Assembly (NCBI GenBank): GCA_963801165.1
Contig: CAWDDT010000005.1
Span: forward strand, 256,001-320,000
DNA: 64,000 bases
Source: an uncultured bacterium
Lineage (GTDB): Bacteria > Actinomycetota > Acidimicrobiia > Spongiisociales > UBA5794
Direction: 5' to 3'
Positions within the stretch are counted from its first letter, which is position 1. Each line of letters starts with the position of its first letter. The translations under genes were made by a program, and so were the position numbers. Of the stretch, positions 1 through 9,097 are shown one piece after another. Under the pieces are notes generated by a model. The model had not been told where the DNA came from and searched no databases. It worked only from the letters and a program-made list of their open reading frames with translations.

Positions 1-2
1 TC

Positions 3-1160
3 GGGGCGACCCAGGCGTCGATCAGCATCGTGTTTGCGACATTCACCCTGTTCCGGGCGCCGCTCACGTTCGGATACAACTTGATCGCCCGGGTATTGCC
101 GCCATTCACCGAGATGGCGGCGCGCCAGCAGCGTCAGGAACTGGCCGCCTGGGCTCGCGGCATCGCCGCGGCAGGGGCGGGCCTGTCAACACTCGGCTTC
201 TTGATGGGGTACTTCTTCGGCCCGTGGGTGGTTGCGGCGGCTTTCGGCTCGGATTTCCGACCCGAGCCGGGGCCGGCGGCGCTGATTGCAGGTGGCGTCG
301 TCCTTGCTGGTGCCGGTTTGTTCGTGGCCCAGGTATTGGTCGCGCAAGGAAAGCCGGCGGCGCTCGGGACGGCGTGGGTGGTCGGACTCGTTGCCTCGGC
401 TGCCGGCCTGCTCTTGTCCGGCGGCGACGCCGCGGCGCGGGTGGCGGTTGCGTTCGTGGCAGGCGAGGCGGTGGCGCTGGCATCGCTGGCTATTGGTGCC
501 ATGGTCAAACCGGTCGGTGTCCAGGACCCCGCGGGAACCGCGTACAACCTGGCCAAGCGCACCATCGACATTGCGGTATCGGCCGTGGCGTTGATACTCA
601 CGTTCCCGCTGCTGCTGGTCAGCATCGTCGCCATCAAACTCGATTCGAGAGGGCCTGCATTCTTCCGCCAGGAGCGAGTAGGGCGCAATAGGAAGCACTT
701 TGCCATGATGAAGTTGCGCACAATGCGCGCCGACGAAGGCGAGAAACTCTTCGCCGAGCATCTCGAGCAGATGGAGGCAGCACTCCGCAACAACGAAGCG
801 GCGGGCATCCGTATCGACGACGATCCCCGCATCACCAGAGTCGGCAAGTGGCTGCGCCGGCTCTCGCTCGACGAGCTTCCCAACCTGTGGGATGTACTGC
901 TGGGGAGGATGTCGCTCGTCGGCCCCCGTCCACTCGTTCCCGCCGAGGCCGAGCTGATCGGCTGGGAGAACCCGAGGTTCACGGTCAAACCGGGCGTCAC
1001 CGGCCTGGCTCAGGTATCGGGCCGTGACCAGATAACCGCGGATCAACGGACGGCGTACGACAGCGAGTACGTGCGAACACGATCGCTTGCCCTCGATATC
1101 CGCATCATGCTGAAGACGGTTGCGATCGTCCTGGTCCCCGGTCGTTTCCGCCTACGGTGA
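3..1160 (+). CDS. Sugar transferase (Bac_transf, WcaJ/WbaP-type phosphoglycosyl transferase) with an N-terminal multi-TM flippase-like region; 5'-truncated by the window edge
   Basis: C-terminal motifs KRTIDI, FFRQERVG, KLRTM, DDPRITRVGKWLRRLSLDELP, MSLVGPRP, KPGVTGLAQVSGR; hydrophobic N-terminal helices; frame is open to the window edge. Confidence 0.85.
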   Translation, partial: GATQASISIVFATFTLFRAPLTFGYNLIARVLPPFTEMAARQQRQELAAWARGIAAAGAGLSTLGFLMGYFFGPWVVAAAFGSDFRPEPGPAALIAGGVVLAGAGLFVAQVLVAQGKPAALGTAWVVGLVASAAGLLLSGGDAAARVAVAFVAGEAVALASLAIGAMVKPVGVQDPAGTAYNLAKRTIDIAVSAVALILTFPLLLVSIVAIKLDSRGPAFFRQERVGRNRKHFAMMKLRTMRADEGEKLFAEHLEQMEAALRNNEAAGIRIDDDPRITRVGKWLRRLSLDELPNLWDVLLGRMSLVGPRPLVPAEAELIGWENPRFTVKPGVTGLAQVSGRDQITADQRTAYDSEYVRTRSLALDIRIMLKTVAIVLVPGRFRLR

Positions 1161-1606
1161 GCCGGATGCACATCGAACCGGAGACACTCCTCAAGGCGCT
1201 GCGCTCCCAGGGGCTGCGTATCACCAGGGCGCGGCGTGCGGTTTGTGCCGTCATCGCTGAGCGACACGACGAGCATCTCACCGCGGCGTCGATCCTGGCC
1301 GCGGTGGCCGCCGGCGACAACGCCCGTGCCGATCAGTCGACTGTGTACCGCACCCTCGATGCGCTCGAGCAGGCCGACCTCCTGGTGCACAGCCATCTCG
1401 GCCACGGTCCCGCCGTATATCACCTTGCCGCTGAGGCCGAGCACCAGCACGTCGTCTGCAGAAGGTGCGGTGCCACCGCCTCGGTGCCGACGACTGGCAT
1501 CAGCGATTGGCTCGAGCAACTGGAAGTAGCCACCGGCTTCGTCGTCGACCCCACCCATTTCGCAGTCACCGGCCTGTGCCCGCGGTGCGCCGCCGAGTCG
1601 AGCTGA
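1157..1606 (+). CDS. nur: Fur-family regulator, Nur (nickel uptake regulator)-like
   Basis: STVYRTL HTH, HSHLGHG..YHL, HQHVVCRRC, HFAVTGLCPRC; HxHLGHG and the C-terminal HFA match Streptomyces Nur as recalled; GTGA overlap with the upstream gene. Confidence 0.75.
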   Translation: MSRMHIEPETLLKALRSQGLRITRARRAVCAVIAERHDEHLTAASILAAVAAGDNARADQSTVYRTLDALEQADLLVHSHLGHGPAVYHLAAEAEHQHVVCRRCGATASVPTTGISDWLEQLEVATGFVVDPTHFAVTGLCPRCAAESS

Positions 1607-1777
1607 TCCGCACGACAAGTTTTCGGTTAGCTGCACACAAGGTCAAACCGATAGCACTAATCAATGTCGAGTTGGATCAATCGCGTCGAGATCTGGACCG
1701 AAGTGGGGGCATTCCCGTTGGTCGCAACCGGCGGGCACTGGACGTTGCGCAGACGTTCATGGAAGAGGAGGTAGGAG

Positions 1778-2206
1778 ATGCATGTCGTTTGGGGGGCCGT
1801 GGTTGCGTTGCTGTCGTTGATCGCGTGGGGTGGCCAGACGGTGTCCTGGTTGGCACCGCGCCGGGCACACCCTCTTGCGGACACGAGCATTCGGAGCGAG
1901 CCTGCCTACTGGATCGGGATTCGAGGAGAAGCACCGCTCGACGCCGTCACCCTATGGACGATGGTGGTCGCGGGCGTTCTGTTGACCCTCGGCATCGGCG
2001 CGTGGGCTTACTTCGGGTTGGTCGGAGGCGGGATGTATGTCTACTTCGCCGGCCGCGGTCTGCTCGACCACGTCGTCGCCGAGCGTGGGGGCGTCCCCGC
2101 TAACCAGCGAAGAAACCACACGATCGGGTACCTCATGCTGGTGGCATGGGCCGCGATGGGTTTGGCCATGATCGTGGCCGCGATGGTTGCGCTCTCGACT
2201 ACCTAG
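1778..2206 (+). CDS. Hypothetical membrane protein (about 4 TM)
   Basis: GGAGG/AGGAG RBS upstream; hydrophobic segments. Confidence 0.65.
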   Translation: MHVVWGAVVALLSLIAWGGQTVSWLAPRRAHPLADTSIRSEPAYWIGIRGEAPLDAVTLWTMVVAGVLLTLGIGAWAYFGLVGGGMYVYFAGRGLLDHVVAERGGVPANQRRNHTIGYLMLVAWAAMGLAMIVAAMVALSTT

Positions 2207-2229
2207 ACCTCGGAGGATTTCCGTTCGCG

Positions 2230-3393
2230 CTACCACTCGTTGACGAGCGTGTCGACCAGATGTGGGGTGTACAGGGCGGGCTCGAGCAGGAAAGAGTCGT
2301 GCCCCTTGTCCGAGTGGACTGTGATCCGGCGGTGGGGAACGTCGGCGTCCTTGAGAAGAAGCGCCAGCTCGGCCTGCTCCTCGGGGTAGAAGCACACATC
2401 GGAATCGATCGAGAACAGCATGTAGCGCTGGTTCTTGCATCGGGTGAAGACCTCGGCGAGGTCCCCTGCCTCCGCCTCAGCGACGAGATCGAAGTGCTGC
2501 CAGGCTTCGGAGATCCGGACGTAGCTGTTGGCGTCGAAACGGGCGACGAACTTTCGCCCCTGGTGCCACATGTACGACTCCATCGGATCGGCGATGCGGT
2601 AGGTGCCGGGGCCTTCGGTACGGTCGATCATCTCGCCCCTGGCCCGTTCCTGCATCGCTTCCAGGGAGACAAACGACTTGTGTCCGATCATCCTAGCGAG
2701 CATCAACCCGGAGTTGGGTGACGGGCCGCCGTAGTAGTCACCGTCACGGAAATTCGGGTCGTTCTCAATGGCTGTGATCTGCTCGAAGTTGTGGAGCGTC
2801 TGCAAAGCCGTAACCCGTACCCCCGAGGCAATCGGGATGACGATGTCGACCATCTCGGGGAAGCGAGTGGCCAGGCTCATGGTCAGCAGCCCACCGGTCG
2901 AAGCCCCGGTCACGGCGTGGAGCTTCTCGATCCCGAGGTGCTCGAGCAGCCGGACCTGGGTGTCGGCTATGTCGGCGAATGTGACTCTCGGGAACCGGGA
3001 CCCATACGGTTTTCCGGTTGCAGGCTCGATCGAGGAGGGGCCGGTGGAGCCGTAGCAACCGCCCAGGTAGTTGGCGGCGATGACGAAGAACCGATCGGTG
3101 TCGAGCGCCTTCCCGGGGCCGATGAACCCGTCCCACCATCCCGACTGGCATTCCTCGGTCCAGCGCGACTCCACACCGGGGACGGCCGGGTTGAAGCCGG
3201 CGGCGTGCTGGCTCCCGGTAAGGGCGTGAAAGACGAGGACGGCATTGGAGTGGTCATCGTCGAGTTTGCCGTATGTCTCGTATGCGATCGTCACTTCATC
3301 GAGCGTGCCGCCGGATCGCATCGCATACGGCTCGTTTGCGCTGCCGAATGTGAAGAACTGCGTCTCGGTGGTCCCCACGCTGTAACGGGTCAT
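2230..3393 (-). CDS. metX: Homoserine O-acetyltransferase
   Basis: IAYETYG, HALTG, GWWDGFIGPGKALDT, NYLGGCYGSTGP, GASTGG nucleophile elbow, RFDANSY, GHDSFL. Confidence 0.93.
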   Translation of the reverse strand: MTRYSVGTTETQFFTFGSANEPYAMRSGGTLDEVTIAYETYGKLDDDHSNAVLVFHALTGSQHAAGFNPAVPGVESRWTEECQSGWWDGFIGPGKALDTDRFFVIAANYLGGCYGSTGPSSIEPATGKPYGSRFPRVTFADIADTQVRLLEHLGIEKLHAVTGASTGGLLTMSLATRFPEMVDIVIPIASGVRVTALQTLHNFEQITAIENDPNFRDGDYYGGPSPNSGLMLARMIGHKSFVSLEAMQERARGEMIDRTEGPGTYRIADPMESYMWHQGRKFVARFDANSYVRISEAWQHFDLVAEAEAGDLAEVFTRCKNQRYMLFSIDSDVCFYPEEQAELALLLKDADVPHRRITVHSDKGHDSFLLEPALYTPHLVDTLVNEW

Positions 3394-3458
3394 GGCATGC
3401 TCCGACGGTGAGCGCAAACCGTACTACGTCGGTAGTACCGGGTTTGTCGGCATCCTCC

Positions 3459-4664
3459 TCACAGCGACGGGGATGGAGCGATCGACACCGGGGGGCGGTC
3501 CATTCGCCGCCCGAGTATCGCCAGCAAGACGACGATGACGAAGAGGGCGGGCACCAGCCCGAAGGCGGCTCGGATTCCGGCTTGATCGGCGATCACGCCC
3601 AGGGTCAGCGGTGCCAGTAGCACGGCACCACCGGCTGAGATGTTCATGCGTGCCGCCGCGATGTCGGAACGTCCCCGCGCCGCGCCCATGGAGAGCGACA
3701 GGATCATGGGAAACTGCATCGAGATGCCGAGCCCGGCGCCGAGAAGACCGCAGACCACCGGTACGACCGAGCTGGAACCCCAGAACAGGAGGAAGCCTGC
3801 CAATCCGACCCCGGAGGTACCGAACAGCAGCGGGATCGGGCTCACGGTGCGGGCAACTCTCGAGCCCAGGAAACGGCCCATCACCATGGCTCCAAAGAAT
3901 GCCGTCATGAGGAAGGATGCGGTCCCCCGGGTGGTGCCTGCCACCTCTACCAGGTAGTCCGCCCCCCAGGCTCCGACCGACCACTCGGCGCCCACGGCCG
4001 GGATGAACGCCACCCACAATATCCAATAGGCGCCCGGGAGACGCCTGCGACGAGTCGTCGGCTCCTCGCGGGGAGCGGGCGGGAACGTCTCGCCGCGCAA
4101 CGCCAAACGGTGTCCGGCCACGATCAGAACCGGCACAAAGAACGCAGGCCGCCATCCGAGCCCGGCGGCGAGCGTTACCCCGATGAGCAAAGCCGGAATG
4201 ACGCTGCCGAGGCTCATGGCAGTGTTGACCTCGGTCAGAGCTATCGACCGGTGCGAGGGATGATGATCAGAGAGAGTGGCCTGGCTCACAGTCAGCATCG
4301 CCGCCCCGGAGATCCCGGCGAGCAGAGCTCCCATCAGCGTCACCGCCGGGTTGGGGCCGATGCCGATGAGCGCCGCTCCGGCGGCAACCCCGACACCGCC
4401 CAGCCAGAACACACGACGGCGCTCCCAGCGTCTGATGAGCCGTTCCACGACGAAGCCGGAAAGCACCGAGCCGGCAGCAAGTGCGGTGAAGTGGAGACCA
4501 CCCACCGTGCGGCTCATCCCCAGGTCCTCGCGCATCGAGGGCATTGCGGGCCCCATCGCGGCGACCGCAAAACCGAACGCCGTCGCCATCCCATACACGA
4601 GCAGGGTCAGTCGGTCCCGGGTGAAAGCCCCCGAGCCGTCGCGGTGGTGAGGGTGGCTGCTCAC
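3459..4664 (-). CDS. MFS transporter
   Basis: About 12 hydrophobic helices; GPAMPSMR..LG, GRFLG, GVIADQAG motifs; probable GTG start at 4664. Confidence 0.85.
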   Translation of the reverse strand: MSSHPHHRDGSGAFTRDRLTLLVYGMATAFGFAVAAMGPAMPSMREDLGMSRTVGGLHFTALAAGSVLSGFVVERLIRRWERRRVFWLGGVGVAAGAALIGIGPNPAVTLMGALLAGISGAAMLTVSQATLSDHHPSHRSIALTEVNTAMSLGSVIPALLIGVTLAAGLGWRPAFFVPVLIVAGHRLALRGETFPPAPREEPTTRRRRLPGAYWILWVAFIPAVGAEWSVGAWGADYLVEVAGTTRGTASFLMTAFFGAMVMGRFLGSRVARTVSPIPLLFGTSGVGLAGFLLFWGSSSVVPVVCGLLGAGLGISMQFPMILSLSMGAARGRSDIAAARMNISAGGAVLLAPLTLGVIADQAGIRAAFGLVPALFVIVVLLAILGRRMDRPPVSIAPSPSL

Positions 4665-4744
4665 TGCGTCCTCTGAGCCTAGTGACGGCGTCGGTGTGCG
4701 GCGGCCCGGCAGGTATCTTGGCCGTGCCGCCACAGAGGAGCGTG

Positions 4745-5140
4745 ATGACCCGGTTCGTCGTCGACACCAGTGCTGTTCTCCACATCGTGAGCAACGAGAT
4801 CGACATCTCGGAGTCGCACAGGCTGCTCGCACCCACCCTGCTTCGTTCGCAAATGCTGTCTCTGCTGCACGAGGCGGTTGACCGCGGCGCAATGACGGCG
4901 GAGACGGCCCTTGACTACCTGACCCGCTATCGCAAGATCAGGATGCGCCTTCTCGGCGATGCCGTGCTGCAACGACAAGCGTGGAAGATCGCCGACCAAC
5001 TCGGCTGGAACTCCACCTACGACGCCGAGTACATCGCCCTCACCAAACTCCAGGCCGATGCCTTTGTCACGCTGGACGAGACGCTGGCGAGACAGGTACA
5101 GGGGATTGTGGTGACGGCGTCTATCCATGAGCTCTCATAA
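4745..5140 (+). CDS. PIN-domain (VapC-like) protein with no adjacent antitoxin
   Basis: FVVDTS, LAPTLL, YDAEYIAL, FVTLD; GAGGAG RBS. Confidence 0.8.
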   Translation: MTRFVVDTSAVLHIVSNEIDISESHRLLAPTLLRSQMLSLLHEAVDRGAMTAETALDYLTRYRKIRMRLLGDAVLQRQAWKIADQLGWNSTYDAEYIALTKLQADAFVTLDETLARQVQGIVVTASIHELS

Positions 5141-5153
5141 CGGGGAAACGGCG

Positions 5154-5462
5154 CTACCGATGCGCCGCGAGCAGGGCGTCGAGCAGCTGCCGGCGAGTCG
5201 GGGAGCCGGCCAGGCCTCCCGGCGTCGCGTAGAGACGACAACTCAACCCGAGTGGCGCTTCGGGATCGGCGAACGGATCAACACCATCGATGAGGACCGT
5301 CGGCGAGCCACGGAACCCGAGCTCGATCGCACTCTCGGTCGTCTCGATGAGCTGGTAGCGACTTTCCGACGCCAGGTGATGCTCCTCGATCAGGTCACGG
5401 AGGTCAGCCGAGGTCGTCTCCCAATTCGGGCAGCCATCGAAGTACTGAAGTGTGATGTCCAT
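5154..5462 (-). CDS. Small thioredoxin-like protein (DF/alkylmercury-lyase-associated type, Cys form)
   Basis: YFDGCPNW, FRGSPTVLIDGVDPF, LSCRLY. Confidence 0.75.
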   Translation of the reverse strand: MDITLQYFDGCPNWETTSADLRDLIEEHHLASESRYQLIETTESAIELGFRGSPTVLIDGVDPFADPEAPLGLSCRLYATPGGLAGSPTRRQLLDALLAAHR

Positions 5463-5587
5463 CGACGTGGTCCTTATCCGCCGGATCCAAGGCTATCTCG
5501 GAAAGCCCGGCTTCGCCCGAAAGAGCGTCACAGGCGCCTCAGCGCCGCCGACCTTCCCGCGGTCTCAGGTCGGAAACCGCGCTATCC

Positions 5588-5610
5588 TTATTGCGAACTG
5601 TTTGCAATAA
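5588..5610. promoter_or_regulatory. Nur-box-like palindromic operator upstream of the nik/cbiMNQO operon
   Basis: TTATTGCGAACTGTTTGCAATAA (10-3-10 inverted repeat, 1 mismatch); core TTGCGA-N5-TTGCAA fits the Nur consensus tTGCaa-N5-ttGCAA. Confidence 0.75.
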
Positions 5611-5621
5611 GGAGCGGGCCG

Positions 5622-6296
5622 GTGCACATACCGGACGGATTCATCAACGGCACCACGTCTGCGGGGTTCGGCGTCGCCGCAGCCGGCGGTCTCGGTGCCG
5701 CAGTCAAACAGACGGGCAAATACCTGAGCGAGCGGCAGATCCCGCTGGCCGGGTTGGTCGCTGCCTTCGTGTTTGCTGCTCAGATGGTGAACTTCCCGGT
5801 TATGACCGGAGTCAGCGGCCATCTCCTCGGCGGCGTTCTCGCTGCGGTCCTGGTGGGACCGTGGGCAGGGTTCGTGGTGCTCTCGGTCGTCCTCATCGTC
5901 CAGGGGGTCTTCTTTGCCGATGGCGGGCTCAGCGCGCTCGGGCTCAACATCGTGAACATGGCCTTCATCGGGGCCGTCGCCGGCTATGCGATATACCGGC
6001 TGCTGCTCCACATTCTTCCCCGCGACGGGCGCGGCGTCACCATCGCCGCCGGGATCGCTGCCGGCATCTCGGTCCCGCTGGCGGCCCTGGGGTTCGTCGT
6101 CGAGTTCGCCATAGGCGGCACCGCCGGGGTATCTCTCGGCACCGTGCTGGCGGCGATGCTCGGCACCCACGTTCTCATCGGGATCGGCGAAGGCCTCATC
6201 ACTGCTCTCGTCGTCGGGACGGTGGTGCGGAGCAGAGCCGATCTCGTCTACGGCGCCCCGCAGTTCGTAGGACAGCGAACCGAGGCACTGAGATGA
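5622..6296 (+). CDS. cbiM: Ni/Co ECF transporter S component (CbiM/NikM)
   Basis: N-terminal MHIPDG, FAAQMVNFP, SGHLLGG, FADGGLSALGLN, HVLIGIGEG. Confidence 0.92.
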   Translation: MHIPDGFINGTTSAGFGVAAAGGLGAAVKQTGKYLSERQIPLAGLVAAFVFAAQMVNFPVMTGVSGHLLGGVLAAVLVGPWAGFVVLSVVLIVQGVFFADGGLSALGLNIVNMAFIGAVAGYAIYRLLLHILPRDGRGVTIAAGIAAGISVPLAALGFVVEFAIGGTAGVSLGTVLAAMLGTHVLIGIGEGLITALVVGTVVRSRADLVYGAPQFVGQRTEALR

Positions 6297-6607
6297 GCAC
6301 GAAGCGCATCTTTCTCATCGGCGCGCTGGTCACCCTCGTCGTCGCCGTCGTCATCTCCCAATTCGCTTCAGCTTCCCCGGACGGCCTCGAGTACGTAGCG
6401 AACAAGCAGGGCTTCGCCGGCGCGGCAGCCGACCACAGCCTCTCCGACTCTCCCCTCGCCGACTACGGGGAGAACCTCACCGACAACAGCGGCCTCAACA
6501 CGGCGATCGCCGGTGGCGTGGGGATCGTGATCACGTTTGCGCTCGGCTACGGCGTCTTCTGGCTGGCCAAGAAGACAAACAAGACGCCGCCGGAGTCCAC
6601 CGGATGA
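6293..6607 (+). CDS. PDGLE-domain component (NikN/CbiN-like)
   Basis: ASASPDGLE, PLADY, two TM segments; ATGA overlap. Confidence 0.88.
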   Translation: MSTKRIFLIGALVTLVVAVVISQFASASPDGLEYVANKQGFAGAAADHSLSDSPLADYGENLTDNSGLNTAIAGGVGIVITFALGYGVFWLAKKTNKTPPESTG

Positions 6608-7368
6608 GCGGCGGTCACGTTCACGCCCTCTACCGGCACGGCGACACGATCCTCCACCGGCTGCGGCCGCAGGTGAAAATCGCCGCCGCGTTCCTGTTCG
6701 TCTTCGCTGTAGTCGCCACGCCCCGGGAAGCCTGGTGGGCGTTTGCCCTCTACGCGGTTGTCCTGATCGCGCTGGCCACCACTTCCCGGCTTGGTGGTCG
6801 GTTCGTGGCGACCCGGATGCTCATCGAGCTCCCGTTCGTCGTCGCCGCACTGGCGTTCCCGTTCTTCACCGCCGGGGACAAGGTCACCGTGCTCGGTTTG
6901 GAGCTGTCCCGAACCGGGCTTTGGGACATGTGGAACGTCCTGGCCAAGGCGACTCTCGGCTTGTTCACCTCGATCGTCCTGGCGGGCACGACCGACATCC
7001 CTTCGATGCTCAGAGGCTTCGAGAAGCTGCACGTACCGCGGACTCTGACGGCAATCATGGGCTTCATGATCCGCTACCTCGACGTCGTCCTCGGTGAGTT
7101 CCGCCGGATGCGGGTCGCCATGCAGTCCCGCGGGCACGACCCGACCTGGATCGGCCAGGCTGGGCCGTATGCTCGATCTGCCGGCCTGATCTTCATCCGC
7201 TCCTATGAACGCGGGGAGCGTGTCTACCTGGCAATGGCGTCACGCGGCTACAGCGGCCAGATGCCGGCAACCCCCGGGGACGAGGCGACCGCCGGCCAGT
7301 GGACGGCGGGGCTGCTGGTCGCGGCCTTCGCCTGGGTGGTGGCCGGTTCGGCGTGGTGGCTGCGATGA
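6604..7368 (+). CDS. cbiQ: ECF transporter T component (CbiQ/NikQ)
   Basis: HRLRPQVK, RYLDV, AMQSRG, RSYERGERVYLAMASRG. Confidence 0.92.
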   Translation: MSGGHVHALYRHGDTILHRLRPQVKIAAAFLFVFAVVATPREAWWAFALYAVVLIALATTSRLGGRFVATRMLIELPFVVAALAFPFFTAGDKVTVLGLELSRTGLWDMWNVLAKATLGLFTSIVLAGTTDIPSMLRGFEKLHVPRTLTAIMGFMIRYLDVVLGEFRRMRVAMQSRGHDPTWIGQAGPYARSAGLIFIRSYERGERVYLAMASRGYSGQMPATPGDEATAGQWTAGLLVAAFAWVVAGSAWWLR

Positions 7369-8108
7369 GCGTCCCGACGATCGCCGTCACCGCCCTCAGT
7401 TTCCATTACCCCGATGGGACGCCCGCGCTGAAGGATGTCGACCTGCACATCCACCCGGGGGAGACGGTTGCACTGCTCGGTCCCAACGGCGCCGGCAAGA
7501 CCACCCTCATCCTGCACCTCAATGGGATCCATATGCCACAGCACGGGACGGTTGCGGTCTCCGGTCTCGAACTCACCAGCGACAATGTGATGGAGATTCG
7601 CAGACGTGTCGGCGTGGTCTTCCAGGATCCCGACGACCAACTGTTCATGCCCACCGTGCGGTCCGACGTCGAGTTCGGTCCGCGCAACCTAGGGCTTCAG
7701 GGAGCGGAACTGGACGACCGGGTCGATGCCGCGCTGAACGCGATGGAGGTCGCCGACCTGGCCGATCGTCCCCCGAACCACCTCTCATTCGGCCAGAAAC
7801 GGCGGGTGGCGATAGCCGGGGTATTGGCGATGGAGCCCTCGATCATCATTCTCGACGAGCCGACGTCAAACCTCGACCCGGCCAGCCGGCGCGAGTTGGC
7901 CGAGGCACTCAAGGCGCTCGACACCACGCAGCTCATCGTTACCCACGACCTACCGTTTGCCTACGAGATGTGTGAGCGGGCCATTGTCATCGACCGCGGC
8001 GAGATCGTCGCCGAGGGATCAACCCCGGAGATCCTCGCCGACGACGCCTTGCTGAGACAGCACCGTCTGGAGCTGCCATACGGATTCTCGGTCCGCGCAG
8101 AGAGCTGA
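7365..8108 (+). CDS. cbiO: ECF transporter ATPase (CbiO/NikO)
   Basis: GPNGAGKT, FQDPDDQLF, LSFGQKRR, LDEP, THD. Confidence 0.93.
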   Translation: MSVPTIAVTALSFHYPDGTPALKDVDLHIHPGETVALLGPNGAGKTTLILHLNGIHMPQHGTVAVSGLELTSDNVMEIRRRVGVVFQDPDDQLFMPTVRSDVEFGPRNLGLQGAELDDRVDAALNAMEVADLADRPPNHLSFGQKRRVAIAGVLAMEPSIIILDEPTSNLDPASRRELAEALKALDTTQLIVTHDLPFAYEMCERAIVIDRGEIVAEGSTPEILADDALLRQHRLELPYGFSVRAES

Positions 8109-8135
8109 GCGTGGCGTTCCACTAGATTCGGGGCC

Positions 8136-9092
8136 ATGTCTACCGGTGGCTCGTCCCGTGTCGTGATTGCCGCGTTCCTGGCGAACCTGGGTATCGCCAT
8201 CGCCAAGTTCATCGGGTTCATCTTCACCCGCTCCTCGTCGATGCTGGCCGAGTCAATCCACTCGGTCGCCGACACCGGGAATCAGGTACTGCTCCTGATC
8301 GGTGCCCGGCTCTCGAAGCGGCAGCCGGACGAGGAGTTCCAATTCGGATTTGCCAGGGAAAGCTACTTCTGGTCTTTCGTCGTTGCCATGATCTTGTTCT
8401 CGCTCGGCTCGCTGTTCGCTCTCTACGAGGGGATCGGGAAACTCAGGCATCCCCACGAGATAGACAACGTCGCCTGGGCGATCGTCATATTGATTTTGGG
8501 CGTAGTCCTCGAGGGGTCGTCGTTCCTGACAGCGGTGCGAACCTCGCAGCCGCTCAAGGGTGATCGCAGCTGGTGGCGGTTCATCCGCTCCTCACGTATT
8601 GCGGAGTTGACGGTGGTCCTGCTCGAGGATTTCGGCGCCTTGATCGGCCTCGGAATCGCGCTCACCGCGGTGACCGTGAGCACCGTAACCGGCGACCCGG
8701 TGTGGGACGCGATCGGCACCATCTGCATCGGTGTGTTGCTGGGCGCCATCGCCACGCTGCTTGCCGTCGAGATGCGGGGACTCCTGATCGGGGAGTCGGC
8801 TCAGCCGGGCGACTACGACAAGATCCGCACGGCCATGCTCGGGGCGCCTGACGTTGTAGACGTCATCCACCTCCGTACCCAGCATTTCGGGCCGGAACAG
8901 CTGCTGGTCGGCGCCAAGATCGCCTTCTCCCGCGACCTGTCGGTTCTCCAACTCGCCAACGCCATCAACGAGGTCGAGCGGCTGGTCCGGGAGGTGGTCC
9001 CGATCGCCCGTCCCATGTACATCGAGCCCGACATCATTCGTGACGTGGAGCCACAGCCCGGCGACTCCGGGGACTCGAACCCGGTATCTTGA
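8136..9092 (+). CDS. Cation diffusion facilitator (CDF) transporter
   Basis: ANLGIAIAKF, SMLAESIHSVADTGNQ, VLLED, LLIGESA, IHLRTQH. Confidence 0.9.
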   Translation: MSTGGSSRVVIAAFLANLGIAIAKFIGFIFTRSSSMLAESIHSVADTGNQVLLLIGARLSKRQPDEEFQFGFARESYFWSFVVAMILFSLGSLFALYEGIGKLRHPHEIDNVAWAIVILILGVVLEGSSFLTAVRTSQPLKGDRSWWRFIRSSRIAELTVVLLEDFGALIGLGIALTAVTVSTVTGDPVWDAIGTICIGVLLGAIATLLAVEMRGLLIGESAQPGDYDKIRTAMLGAPDVVDVIHLRTQHFGPEQLLVGAKIAFSRDLSVLQLANAINEVERLVREVVPIARPMYIEPDIIRDVEPQPGDSGDSNPVS

Positions 9093-9097
9093 GGGCG

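Noticed and set aside
3394-3458. Possible SAM riboswitch upstream of metX
   Set aside because: The gap to the upstream MFS gene is only about 65 bp and shows no riboswitch consensus
5154-5462. Possible selenoprotein
   Set aside because: The active-site codon is TGC (Cys) and there is no in-frame TGA
5127-5621. N-terminal extension of the 389-aa ORF and a possible cobalamin riboswitch upstream of cbiM
   Set aside because: CbiM/NikM needs the MH N-terminus (GTG 5622 with RBS), the extension overlaps the opposite-strand gene, and no B12-box is recognisable
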